Shown piece by piece: positions 14,193 to 25,730 of a DNA stretch of 64,000 bases. Position numbers and translations under genes: made by a program. Source of the DNA: Macrostomum lignano (taxonomy: Eukaryota); the NCBI GenBank assembly GCA_002269645.1, contig NIVC01000225.1, forward strand, positions 536,416 through 600,415. Reading direction: 5' to 3'. Each line of letters opens with the position of its first letter. Within the stretch, counting starts at the first letter, position 1. The notes under the pieces were generated by a model that searched no databases, was not told the origin of the DNA, and saw only the letters and a list, made by a program, of their open reading frames with translations.

Positions 14193-15228
14193 AGAGTAGT
14201 AGTAGTAATAGTAGTAGTAGTACAAAGTGTAGTAGTAAAAATATCAGTAGTAGGATAACATTGACTAAACAGATTAAAATCATTTCAATCACATTTTTCA
14301 CAATAACGGACAAAAAACAAGCCTAATGAAAACAGAATAAGAAACATTACCTGCTCTCAAGTACAGCTCGCAGCAGAGTTTCCGTCAGTCTGGCAGGCGA
14401 AGTGCCATTAATGGCGGTGACCAAATCGCCTGCGGCAATGCCAGCACGATCGGCGGGCCCATTTGGCAACACGGACGCTACAGGGACCCTGACATTGTGC
14501 GCTGTAGTTGATGTGTTGTTTGAGCAAGGGATGGCAGTGATGCAAATGAATGGATGTTTATTTTAACAAACCTAAAAATTGGATGCCTGAAGTGTAGATG
14601 GAGCTACTATTAAATTTAGGTTTTAGTTATGAAGTTTATGGCTTACACACTTCAATCTTGAGAAATAAGGGCGAGAAGCGAGAAGGGACGGGGTTGCAGC
14701 CTAGTGGTTAGAGTATCGGACTCATGGCTGAAAGGTCGGGGGTTTGATTCTCGACCCACTAGGAACAATTTGTGTCCTTGAGCAAGGCACTTAACTCTCT
14801 GCATTGCTTCAGTTCACCCAGCTGTAAAATGGGTGCCAGCATTAGCTGGGGTAATTGAGGCTGTGTGTGGCGACCCCCCAGTCCTTGGACTGAACAGCTA
14901 TATGCAGCCTTGAGATGCAAAGCGCAATAGCTGCAGCTGAGCTGTTGGTTGCATATCTGCCCATTAGACAGGTGTAATAAATTATTATTATTTTTATGAT
15001 TAGTACTCGTATTATGGCTTGTAAATGTAGATGCTAGTACCTTTGATACTGTGACATGCAATATCATTATTAAGCCAATATATAAAATATAATGCTATAT
15101 TAAACAGTTTTTAAGTTGTTGTTAAAAACATAAGGCTAATTAAACTTACCTTGATTTCTGGCAAGTCCCAGAGAAATTCCATAACTAGCATCAGATGGAG
15201 ACTTTGTAACAACAATAGTTTTCTCCAT
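1126..15228 (-). CDS. ARHGAP21/23: PDZ-PH-RhoGAP protein, ARHGAP21/23 (RhoGAP19D)-like, about 1180 aa, about 10 coding exons
   Basis: Exons, all GT-AG and phase-compatible: 15228-15150, 14501-14351, 12799-12541, 11824-11261 (internal frame break), 10033-9849, 9534-9355 (tentative), 5380-5156, 4818-4546, 3474-2205, 1493-1126. PDZ: MEKTIVVTK..SYGISLG..VASVLPNGPADRAGIAAGDLVTAING. PH-like: ISYKRKKLRLGTVDWQVTF. RhoGAP: GVPLIVQLCC..GIYRISG (Arg finger)..NVVASVLKRFLLQLPDPL..NRMQFYNLAMVFAPSL. Domain order matches ARHGAP21/23. Confidence 0.85.
1545..2180 (+). repeat. Intronic minisatellite, 24-bp unit CTCAATTGAGCACACCCATAGACT, about 26 copies
   Basis: Fills the last ARHGAP intron (1494-2204); each unit contains the palindrome CTCAATTGAG. 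Confidence 0.95.
3565..4470. repeat. Intronic minisatellite, 30-bp unit CCTCCCTGATCCTTCAGTGCATGCCGCTAC, about 30 copies
   Basis: Tandem units inside ARHGAP intron 3475-4545. Confidence 0.95.
5860..9000. repeat. (GATA)n microsatellite of about 3.1 kb with GACA, GACATATA and GAAA variants
   Basis: Directly visible; lies in ARHGAP intron 5381-9354. Confidence 0.98.
10068..11248. repeat. Intronic minisatellite, 17-18 bp unit GATGGGATCACACTGAAG
   Basis: Fills almost all of ARHGAP intron 10034-11260. Confidence 0.95.
11925..12485 (-). repeat. Intronic 24-bp minisatellite, reverse complement of the 1545-2180 array
   Basis: Unit CTCAATTGAGAATCTATGGGAGTG is the reverse complement of CACTCCCATAGATTCTCAATTGAG; lies in intron 11825-12540. 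Confidence 0.93.
12945..13110. repeat. (TCTG)/(TCTA)n microsatellite
   Basis: Directly visible. Confidence 0.95.
14053..14270. repeat. (GTA)n microsatellite
   Basis: Directly visible. Confidence 0.95.
14685..14995 (+). mobile_element. tRNA-derived SINE with a CORE (MIR-like) central domain
   Basis: Head with A-box-like CTAGTGGTTAG and B-box-like GGTTTGATTCTC. Central GTGTCCTTGAGCAAGGCACTTAAC..CTGTAAAATGGG resembles the CORE consensus (GACCTTGGGCAAGTCACTTAAC..CTGTAAAATGGG). (TTA)n tail. A second copy lies at 34907-35141. Confidence 0.7.
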
Positions 15229-16157
15229 TTGTTACACCAAATAATTGAGTTACATTATAATCCATGCAATTTTGTTGGTTCATTTAAATTGATCAGATAT
15301 TCAGAATAACTTGGACTTTTTAAATAAGCTTAGATATGCTCTTATTAATATTAGACACCTAGTCTTTTAATTTTATATACTTCTTTATGGCATTGCTAGA
15401 TCCATAGCTATTAGAAAAATAGAAAAAAGAAAGCTATTAGTTAGGGTTCTAATGCTAGAACTCTAGCCATTGTCTATAGTCTTTAAATAAAAGCTTTTTT
15501 GATGAAAATTCCTATGCACATAGGCTTTTAAATATCCACACTGTGGATATTCTACCAATATATAGCTACACACTTAATGCATACAGCAAATTGCATACTA
15601 CCTATCTTTGGAAGATATAGTTTAAAAATGTCAGTATAAATAATGTGCATAATAAAATATCAATGTGCATGGCATGCAATAAAAAGAAAGTCTAGTTGTC
15701 AGTGTGCACAATTGCCTTGAAATCTGCATTACAGTATGCATTTATATATAGGTAGACTTATATATACATATTGGCTATATTGTTAGTTTAGTTTTATATT
15801 TTTAATTGAAAATTACATTACATAGTAAAAAGAAAAACCATAAAAGGTCCTTTATAGTTGCAATGCCTCATGGGCCCTACATGTAGAACATAACTATTGG
15901 CCATGCACTGCAAGCAACTTCTGTGACAGCTAAAAAAATGTTCCTGCATGTCTATAAGACTATGGGCCATTGCCTTAAATGACTATTCACTGTCCATAGT
16001 TCAGATGGGAATATGTACACCGGGATTTCTCTTTGGGTCTTACCCTTTTTAGCATATATTAAGATATATCCTAGCATTTATAACACAGTAGATACATTGT
16101 GTCAAATGACAATTGTTTTGAATTGGCACAGAAACCTAGTATACAAACAAATACAAT

Positions 16158-16490
16158 CCACTTTGGTAATAGCCACTTTGGTAACTGCCATTTTGGTAAC
16201 AAAAAATAACCACTTTGGTAATAGCCACTTTGATAACAACCAGTTTAATAACAAAGCAGATTTACAATTGTTTTTTGCATTAATCTAAATCTCTTAAAAT
16301 GTGCAAGAATATAGGCCTATCTTAAGACTTAAATATTTTGTTGTTCCATTTTAAAAGTTCATTGGTAAATTCTTTTGGAGCATATTAATCAATACATATA
16401 TGTAATATTTAGTATGAAGTGGCTATTACCAAAATGGCTATTACCAAAATAGTATTTTTTGTTACTGACTGAAGTGGCTGTTATTAAAGG
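16158..16490. mobile_element. Degenerate MITE-like inverted repeat built of 15-bp subrepeats (CCACTTTGGTAATAG)
   Basis: The left arm at 16158-16240 is mirrored by AAGTGGCTATTACCAAAATGGCTATTACC..TTTTTTGTTAC at about 16417-16490. No TSD identified. Confidence 0.55.
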
Positions 16491-19400
16491 CCTAGACTAT
16501 AACTACACAAACAAGGTCTTGTCACTTTTTCTAGCATTAAACCTGGCATACACTAATACACAATCCAAACTAGGCCCTATGGCCCATTGTACTATTATCT
16601 TTTGAATTTAGTTTAAACTGTTTAGTTTGGATTTTATGGCTTGATGCTACCTACAATTGCAACTTGCAAGCAATTTAGAAATTTGCACTAGGCCTAAGGG
16701 CTAGGCCAAGGCCAAGGTCTAATTTCAGGGTGCAATTTTTTTGTGATACTCAGCTGTTATGATTTGTTGGCATCATTTAGGCTATGCCTATACTACATCA
16801 TTGACATTTAAAATAAATGATTAAAAACTAACAAAATATCAGCATGATTTAATTTAAATTTCATTATATCAGTACTCTACACACATTAGGAATTAAGATA
16901 AGCTACTTGTAACTAGGCTGGCTAGGCCTACTAGAGTGACGAGTCTAGCTAGGGCCTATACTATATTATACAATACTTTAGTATCTTAGTAAGTAGACTA
17001 TAGTATAGTATAGAAAATAGAAAATTAAGAAAAAATCATAAGCATAAGCCCAAGCCTAAACATGCCTAACATACAAGTCTTTTTCCTATCCATTTACTAA
17101 TATAGTAAGCGGGGTTGCGTTGGTTAGTGTGCCCAATTATTCATTGGGTAGGCCTAGTCTCGCGGTATATATAGTTTAATTAGTCGCTTAGATTTAAAAA
17201 CAAAATTTGGTTTTCGGAAGTCGAATTTCTAAGAATCAGAAACAGCTAAAACAAAAGTCTGCTAAAAAGTAAGTTTATGACGCGATAAACATGATGTAAT
17301 AGTAAAAAAAAATACTTTGAAGTTATTATACTATGAAAGCTTTGATGTGGCACAGCTGCTCGTAGATGCAGCAGTAAATAATTAGAGCTATTATTGATTT
17401 CCCAGTCAGCTAACTTATTTCCAAGTAAGTAAATACTCTTACACATTGCATTAAAAGTCAGACAAGCAGTTTCGAAGAATCAATATTAAGCTGCAGTTAT
17501 ACAAATAACCCAGTATTTGGATACACGGATTATGTTAAATGTCTCTGAACGAGCTTCGGAACTGAGACGAATCTTATATACAACAGATAACAGGGCTGGT
17601 TCACCGTCAGAAAGTTCGACATTAGGCCTAATGATTCAATGCGCACAACCAGTCTACCAGTATGTGCATTTCTTAAAAATACATTTATTCGTAGAGCTTT
17701 TGTCCGAAGCTCATGCAGGAAATGTTTCTAAATGTAGATGCAGTCGCTATACAAATAATTGTTAGCTACATGTAGCTACTTTTTAGCGGTGCACACCAGA
17801 AGCAGTATACGCACTTTTCTGAGTACGTATCAAGGTTTTGCTTATTTTTTCCGCGCTCGAGCTGCTTAAGGCATGGGAAACTGGCCAATAGGAGTGTATC
17901 AGTGGAAAGCAGTCAGACCGACCGAAAGGTACAAGATGTGGGAAACTTTCACCAGCCAATCGTTGAGCAAATGCACCTTACTGAAACTTCTAATAATAAT
18001 GTCATACCAAGACTAGAGACTGGTTCAGGTAATACAAAACACTTTCCGAGTTGGTTGGCAGTATCTAGCTAATTAGGAGCTAAAGAAGCTCCTAATTTAT
18101 CAGGACGCTGATCTCTGTTAAGCAATGCATAGGATTCGAACTGCAGCTACCAAATGAACTGCTATTTAGCTTTAATAACGCGACACAACAAGCCTAAACC
18201 AGGTGGAAAACGGGTTCTGCAGCCGATGGCTCTATGCGCATATCTCCAAACGTCGATTTTAATTTATCGATGTCATGTTGGGCAGCAACCAGCCTAGTAA
18301 CCTGACTTTTGGGATAACATCTAACAAAGCTGCATGGCTATCTCGAGGAAAGTAGCTGAAGTTTTCGGCTCTGGAAACTGACAATAGCTAAATGACACCC
18401 GAGGAGAGCTGCAAATTGTAGTGACGCGTAAAATCTTTGATATGCATAATGGGATGAGTCACTACCGATTCACTAACCGATTAATTGGACTATCAAACGT
18501 CCAATAATAAGAATAACAAACATAACAAGTTGGCGAAACAAACTTTCTGATTTAAGCAAGGTAAGCAATGCTTTTAAGTGAAGCACTGTACTATTGACAT
18601 TTAAATAAATAAAATAAAATAATAATTTTTATAACAGGCTATTTCTAATTAAAGAAAAGCACATTTCAAGTGTGACTTGTATGACTAGAGTTTAAAAAAT
18701 GATTTGAAAGTACAATGAAAATTAAATTAAGCTGTATGGTTATAGTGCATGCGTTTGGTTAACGAAAATGAAAACTCATCCGTGTCTTTTCTGCTAACAG
18801 AATTTTATTAAACCAAATAAAAACTAATACTATTAAATTAGACATTTAAATACAATATACACTGCGACACTGTCGGTGCTTTGAACAATAAACTTTGATG
18901 ATGATTCCTAACTGGGAGATCAAGTCTATTTAACAAAATTTAACATAACTGTTTTTTATAAAAGGGAACAGAATGGCTAGAATTCATGTAAATTTATAGG
19001 TTTGTTTTAAATAAAGAATTTTCATGCTAAATAGCACCAAGCACATGTCAGCTATTTATATTATTTAACAGAAACCTAATCACAAAAGATAATATTTCCA
19101 TACTTGGGGTATTATTAAAAACCTACTTTAATAACCTAATTAGAATCAAAATCCTTACCAATGATAATTACAGGTAGCTAGAAGAATACAGATTGCTGTC
19201 CGTAAAAAATGTATTAACGTGTGGCACAACACAGGTAAGAATGCAAAACTACTTTTATTAAAGCACTAAACTTAATAAGTCTTCTAAATCTAAAGTGATT
19301 TACAAAGCAAAATACAAAAGACAAATGTAATACGAGTATAAGGGTGAAATGCAGCATATAATTTTATTCATTTAAGCTTTAAATTTTGCACCGATAAAAA

Positions 19401-19550
19401 AAGTTCTAATTAATCTAGCTAAGCGATTCTTTCTGCATGCAGGAAATACGGGCAAAAATCACGTCATGCTACTTCAAAGTAGCCAAAACAGGATAAGTAG
19501 TGTATTTGTAAAGGATCATAAAAATTATTATAATATTTTGCTACCATTAA

Positions 19551-19705
19551 TCCGAAAAGCGCTTTCCATCAAAAACCCGAAATATCATAACTCAAAACCA
19601 AAATACCATTAGACTAAAAATAGAATAAAATACCGCTAGAACTTTCAGATTATGATATTTCAGGTTTATGATATTTCGAGTTTATGATGAAAAGCGCTTT
19701 TCGGA
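19551..19705. repeat. Inverted repeat with 40-bp arms (MITE remnant)
   Basis: TCCGAAAAGCGCTTTCCATCAAAAACCCGAAATATCATAA (19551-19590) pairs with 19666-19705 with few mismatches. Confidence 0.7.
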
Positions 19706-20199
19706 GTTGTGATTTTTTGGTTTGTGATGCCCCCCCCCGTTTACAAAGCCACACATATATTTCATATCAAACTGTTCGAAAACAATTCGAATGAAAAATT
19801 CCACAGGGCATGCGCAATTAATTCTACTAATAGTAGCAAAAATCCGTTAGAATCAAAATGTCAAAAAATCAACTGCTAGAGTGGGACTATGTCAAGTGTG
19901 TCGACTCCCGATATGTATAGTATGCAATTTTTAAGCACGTTGAAATCGGCTGAATTAAGAGTTCGCGCTAACTTTATTGCCGAATCATTATATAACTAGC
20001 TGATAATCAGCTGATAATCATCGTCATACAATTTGGGTCTTCGTGTCATATAGCGTGTGTCATAACACAGCAAATTAAAATTTCGGGCATCCCTAATTTG
20101 AATCCCTGATGCCAAATTTGCTTCCAGTCTTTTTTCTAAGCTGGGTGTCGTTTAATTTGAGTTCCGTATTAAAATTGTTATATCAGTTCATAGGAGATA

Positions 20200-20575
20200 G
20201 GAGATCTGCGCGCTTGTCACTACCGTCAAAATTGTCTGCGCTCTTGTGTCACTACCGTCAAAATTGTCTGCGCTTATGTGTCACTACCGTCAAAACTGTC
20301 TGCGCTTATGTGTCACTACCGTCAAAATTGTCTGCACTTGTGTGTCACTACCGTCAAAATTGTCTGCGCTTATGTGTCACTACCGTCAAAACTGTCTGCG
20401 CTTATGTGTCACTACCGTCAAAATTGTCTGCGCTAATGTGTCACTACCGTCAAAATTGTCTGCGCTTATGTGTCACTACCGTCAAAATTGTCTGCGCTTA
20501 TGTGTCACTACCGTCAAAATTGTCTGCGCTTATGTGTCACTACCGTCAAAACTGTCTGCGCTCTTGTGTCACTAC
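20200..20575. repeat. Minisatellite, 32-bp unit GTCACTACCGTCAAAATTGTCTGCGCTTATGT, about 11 copies
   Basis: Tandem units about 50 bp past the FITM stop codon. Confidence 0.95.
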
Positions 20576-20622
20576 TTATCGAGTCTCCACCATTGCAGCC
20601 TTTATATATAATACACAAACTG

Positions 20623-21253
20623 TCACGATCCAGGAGCGCTAATGAACTTCAACTCCGACTGGCCAGGCGGGCAGACAAAGGCCAGATTCTGCTGACGCAG
20701 GACAAGACGGTACACCACCGCCCAGGAGGCCACTGAGCACAGTGCGGCAACTAATTTCGATGGCATACTATGAAAATAAGCCACAGTAATGCAAAGCATC
20801 AAATCCCACAGCAGGCTGAGGCAGCTCAAACAGATGGCGCTGCACCGCACAGCGAACGTGTGCCGCTGGTAGAGGCGCCACATTCGATCGGCCAGCTCGG
20901 CCGTCAGTCGCCGGCCGCCGGTCTCCGTCTCCTCCCTGAGCAGGCCGCCCAGGCGGGTCCAATCCCGCAATAGGGCGACCTCCTCGCTAATAACCAGGTT
21001 GCACCAGGTGAGCAGGAACACGTGACCAGAAATGTCGAAACCGAGCCACACGCCGTTGTGCTGACGCTGGCAATCGCCCCGATCCGTGACGCCCTGGATG
21101 TGGACGGATTTCGGCGGCTGGCTCACGCACCGGCCTGTGGCGTTCTCGACGGCGTGGAAAGCGTTGGTGCACACGTACCAGCCTGCGGTGCCTGCGGGGG
21201 GTAGGGTGGTGAAGGATGCAAGATTGATTATAAAAACAGATCGATACTTAAAC

Positions 21254-21324
<71 letters not shown>

Positions 21325-21325
21325 C

Positions 21326-21364
<39 letters not shown>

Positions 21365-21367
21365 CTA

Positions 21368-21428
<61 letters not shown>

Positions 21429-22761
21429 GCTCGTAAACACTAGGAATCCTCGTAGGTTTTACAAGCTGCTCACCGAACAGCAGTCTGCTCAAATGCTTCC
21501 GCATCAGTGTCCTAGACTGTCCAGTGAGCACAACCGACGTGAACAGAATGTAGAAAGACAGGCAGACAAAAGTCCAAGCCCAGCCCCATTTGATGAAGGC
21601 CAGATTCCAGAAGCTGCGTTTGTTGGCTAAGAAAATGCGCGGAATCGGCACCAAGTCGAAGACCACGCTGAGAGCAGCCACTGCGCAGAGGTAAACGCAG
21701 GCTCGAACCTGAGAATACATTTTAATAGAGTAGTAGTGAGTACAGATTGTTAATTTGGCTGTCGAATTGAGCTCAGTATAATAAAACTCTAATGAGCTAC
21801 GGTCTACATGTAAGATGCTGACCCAGCAACTGACACTCTGGGAGGCTGGCCTAGCAACTGACACTCTGGGAGTGTAGAAAAATAACTGAAGAAAACTACA
21901 GACTATTTAATTGGAGTTAAATTGAAGGATCAGATAAGCCAGTAAGTGGGCGCAGGGCCCAAACAAGTATATTTATACCAGACATTAACTTAGGGGGTTT
22001 GAATTGCAGATAATAAAGAGAGGGGGTGGAGTGCGCGACTCAGGAAAGAGGCGAGAACGGAGAGCCAATCAGAACGCAGCAAGGGAGAGAGAGATAAGAA
22101 TAACAAGATTGAGCTAGACAGAGAGAGAGAAAACGGAGTAAACAGAGACAATTGAAGGTGAACTAAGAAATGACTAGGAAAGTCGCGACAGGGAGGCTGG
22201 CCCTGCAACTGACACTCTGGGAGGCTGGCCCAGCAACTGACACTCTGGGAGGCTGGCCCAGCAACTGACACTCTGGGAGGCTGGCCCAGCAACTGACACT
22301 CTGGGAGGCTGGCCCAGCAACTGACACTCTGGGAGGCTGGCCCAGCAACTGACACTCTGGAAGGCTGGCCCAGCAACTGAGGATCTGGGAGGCTGGCCCT
22401 GCAACTGAGGATCTGGGAGGCTGGCCCAGCAACTGAGGATCTGGGAGGCTGGCACAGTAACTGACACTCTGGGAGGCTGGCACAGCAACTGAGGATCTTG
22501 GTGTACTTGGTGTGCAGAACTTGAATGCAGATTTCATTACAGACTGATACTACAATGGCACACCTCAGGCGGAACCAGAAGCGGCTTTTTCATCATCTGG
22601 TACAGGCAGATACCAAAGAAGCCCTGCACAGACATCGGCTCGGGAATGGACTTCTTTGCCGACGCGCTGGAGGTTTGATCGGCGCCTCCGCTAGAAGAAG
22701 ACATTGGCATGCGCTGCTTGCTGAATTTGTGCACAGCCGATCCTCCGGGGTCGCGGCGCAT
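20623..22761 (-). CDS. FITM2: Fat storage-inducing transmembrane protein (FIT/Scs3 family, acyl-CoA diphosphatase), about 333 aa, 3 exons
   Basis: Exons 22761-22564, 21708-21474 and 21191-20623 (GT-AG, phases 0 and 1). Motifs NKRSFWNLAFIKWGWAWT, SRLLFGTAGWY, GFDISGHVFLL and YFHS are typical of FIT proteins. Confidence 0.9.
21256..21428. repeat. (CAGA)n microsatellite in FITM intron 2
   Basis: Directly visible. Confidence 0.95.
21826..22500. repeat. 28-bp minisatellite GGAGGCTGGCCCAGCAACTGACACTCTG: about 2 copies at 21826-21872 and about 11 at 22190-22500
   Basis: Tandem units in FITM intron 1. Confidence 0.9.
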
Positions 22762-22984
22762 CTCAGAGTCTGAGAATCAACTAATGCCTTCGATGAGAAA
22801 CTGCTCAAGCTAGACTAATCAAGGTGAGTATCTGCAACTGGAGAATATTAAGGATGGCAAGTAGGAGCATATTATTTCATGGCCTAAAATACATCAATAG
22901 TTTTAAAACCTTTTTAGAGCCTTAAAATTATTTTGTTCCCCCTTTTAATCTACCCCTTGTTCTACATCTTTTACCTGTGCCATC

Positions 22985-23955
22985 TCTCTTCTCCATGTTC
23001 TATCTATCTTCTCTCTCCCTATCTCTCGTCTCTCTCTCCCATCTTTCTGCTCTCTCCCTCATCTCTCTCCTCCTGTCTTATCTCTCTTCTCCCTGTCTCA
23101 TCTCTCTTCTCCCTGATCCATCTCTCTTCTCCCTGACCCATCTGTCTTCTCCCTGTCTCATCTCTCTTCTCCCTGTCTCATCTCTCTTCTCCCTGTCTCA
23201 TCTCTCTTCTCCGTGACCCAACTCTCTTCTCCGTGACCCAACTCTCTTCTCCGTGACCCAACTCTCTTCTCCCTGACCCAACTCTCTTCTCCGTGACCCA
23301 ACTCTCTTCTCCCTGTCTCATCTCTCTTCTCCCTGACCCATCTGTCTTCTCCCTGTCTCATCTCTCTTCTCCCTGTCTCATCTCTCTTCTCCCTGACCCA
23401 TCTCTCTTCTCCCTGACCCATCTCTCTTCTCCCTGACCCATCTGTCTTCTCCCTGACCCATCTCTCTTCTCCCTGACCCATCTGTCTTCTCCCTGACCCA
23501 TCTGTCTTCTCCCTGACCCATCTGTCTTCTCCCTGACCCATCTGTCTTCTCCCTGACCCATCTGTCTTCTCCCTGACCCATCTGTCTTCTCCCTGACCCA
23601 TCTCTCTTCTCCGTGACCCATCTGTCTTCTCCCTGACCCATCTGTCTTCTCCCTGACCCATCTGTCTTCTCCCTGACCCATCTCTCTTCTCCCTGACCCA
23701 ACTCTCTTCTCCGTGACCCAACTATCTTCTCCCTGTCTCATCTCTCTTCTCCCTGTCTCATCTCTCTTCTCCCTGTCTCATCTTTCTTCTCCCTGTCCCA
23801 TCTCTCTTCTCCCTGTCTCATCTCTCTTCTCCCTGTCCCATCTTTTCTCCGTGTGTTATCTCTTCTCCCTGACCCATCTCTTTTTTCCCTGTCTGATCTC
23901 CCTTCTCCCTGACTCATCTGTCTTCTTGTCTCATCTCTCTTCTCCCTGTCCCATC
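22985..23955. repeat. Pyrimidine-rich minisatellite, 20-bp unit TCTCTCTTCTCCCTGACCCA
   Basis: Tandem units between FITM and FAM241. Confidence 0.95.
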
Positions 23956-24483
23956 TATTCCCACATCGTCTATATGATTTGCTATTCCATACAATGGTTA
24001 ACAAAACAACTATAATCAAATTCTTAGAAATAAAACAAACAGGAAACAATGATTGTTATTCCATTGGTTATACTGCTATATACGTGTACACTCGAGAATA
24101 TCGATAATTAAATACAATAAATGTACAATAACGATAACAATTTGTTGCATAACTATATATTCAAGCGCAATTGTAACTGGCTTGCAATCTGATAGACAGT
24201 CAAACGCATAGAAATCAATTCTGAATAAACGAGAATTTATACTATTCATCATAAGAATCGCGGATAACAGTTAGCCTAAAATATGACAATAATTCTTACC
24301 AAATCTACCCAGCTAATAGAATAGGAATGAAATCTATTGATATTTTACTAGAAAAAGCTTTCTCGCACACGTTGTGGCACAAGTGTTAAATATTAATTTA
24401 AAAAATCGATACTCAAGCGAGAGAAAAAACTGACACGCAAATGCAGTCCAGCAAATAATTAGAGCAGAAGCAACGACTGGCGA

Positions 24484-25017
24484 TCAGTGCCGACCCAACA
24501 CCCTGCCGCTGCCAACACCTCGCCGCCCTGGACCGCCGCCGCCGCCGCCGCTAGCCCGACCAGATCGTCGCTCAGAAGCAGCCGCAGCGCCAGGCCCGCC
24601 GCCGCCGCTGCTGAAGTGCACAACAGCGAACAGTACAGCGGCAAACAGCAGGCCTTTCAGGCCGAACATCAGCACGGCCAGCAGGCAGCCAACCAGAGCC
24701 AGCGGCTCCAGCACCGCGCCCTGCCACAGCGTCACCCGGGGCAGGCCTGCGTCTAGCAGGCGTTGATTCAACATCTGGAAGATGCTCACCCCGCCGCCGC
24801 CGCCGCCCTCGCCGCCACCTCCGCCACCGCCAAGAATTCCGGCGCCCATCGGCGAGTCCTGACGATCCTCGTCGCGAGTGACGCCGCCAATTGGACGACG
24901 AGGTTCGCCAGTCGCTGATGAACCACCACTGCCGCCGCCGCCGCCGCCGCTGGCAAATCTACGAGCTCTAGGATCGTCGTCTTGAACTATTTCGCCGCTA
25001 GGCAGAATGCGAACCAT
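24484..25017 (-). CDS. FAM241: FAM241 (DUF4605) small membrane protein, 177 aa, intronless
   Basis: The N-terminus MVRILPSGEIVQDDDPR and IFQMLNQRLLDAGLPRVTLWQGAVLEPLALVGCLLAVLMFGLKGLLF match the FAM241A/B pattern; Gly-rich insertions. Confidence 0.9.
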   Translation of the reverse strand: MVRILPSGEIVQDDDPRARRFASGGGGGGSGGSSATGEPRRPIGGVTRDEDRQDSPMGAGILGGGGGGGEGGGGGGVSIFQMLNQRLLDAGLPRVTLWQGAVLEPLALVGCLLAVLMFGLKGLLFAAVLFAVVHFSSGGGGPGAAAASERRSGRASGGGGGGPGRRGVGSGRVLGRH

Positions 25018-25054
25018 GATTTCTGTTTATGGTTGTCTGTAATTGCGCGGGTAT

Positions 25055-25185
25055 GGGATTTCAACATAAAATGACAGCATTTCAACATAAAATGACAGCA
25101 TTTCAACATAAAATGACAGCATTTCAACATAAAATGACAGCATTTCAACATAAAACGACAGCATTTCAACATAAAATGACAGCAT
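25055..25185. repeat. 21-bp minisatellite ATTTCAACATAAAATGACAGC, 6 copies
   Basis: Tandem units just upstream of the FAM241 ATG. Confidence 0.95.
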
Positions 25186-25359
25186 ATAGTCAAGCGATGC
25201 TACTTACACTGCTAGCTAGCCAATAAAGTAAAATTGTGGTTCAACTTATTTTGAATACACATACCAACGTACACACATTGTGGTTATCCCGACCGATAAT
25301 GTACATGAGTAAGCTAAACTTAAACCCTTTAGGGTGCGCGAGGATTGGGTAATTGCGTG

Positions 25360-25730
25360 GGGCGTAAAACAGTGGCTTAGTTAGGCGCATATAAAATTTA
25401 AATTGGTTAGCGAGGCCGCTAATGAACATCCCAGCCGGTTTAATAAAACCCCTTCCTGGTTTGTGCGGTTGGGACATAAAATTAGCTCGGAAGGGGGGTA
25501 GAGAATTGTTAAGTCAGGCGGAGAAATGATGTACATTGGTTAAGACTAGCCGCTAATGTACAACAAGCCACCCGGTTTAAAAAACCCTCCCAGGGCGAGG
25601 TGGGGCAATAAAATATGGTTCGGCAGGAGGTAGACAATGGCTAAGCCAGGCGCAGAAAGAATGTAAATTGGTTCGCGTGGCCAACTAATGTACAACATGC
25701 CAACCCGGTTTAAAAAACCCTCTCTCTCCT
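25360..25730. repeat. Three diverged units of about 110-135 bp containing ATTGG (CCAAT) and GC-box-like motifs
   Basis: Recurring blocks AATTGGTT..GCC(G/A)CTAATG(T/A)ACA..CCGGTTTAA(A)AAAACCC and GTGGGGC..TAAAA. Confidence 0.6.

Noticed and set aside
14685-14760. tRNA gene
   Set aside because: Degenerate boxes, no clean cloverleaf, and continuous with a SINE body.
21718-21864. FITM start at MYSQV or further upstream in the 413-aa ORF
   Set aside because: TATTCTCAG|GTT is an acceptor, and the upstream exon 22761-22564 supplies a family-like N-terminal segment in phase.
22933-24049. RWVREK / LSSPCLISL repeat ORFs
   Set aside because: Translation of the 20-bp purine/pyrimidine minisatellite, cycling through all frames.
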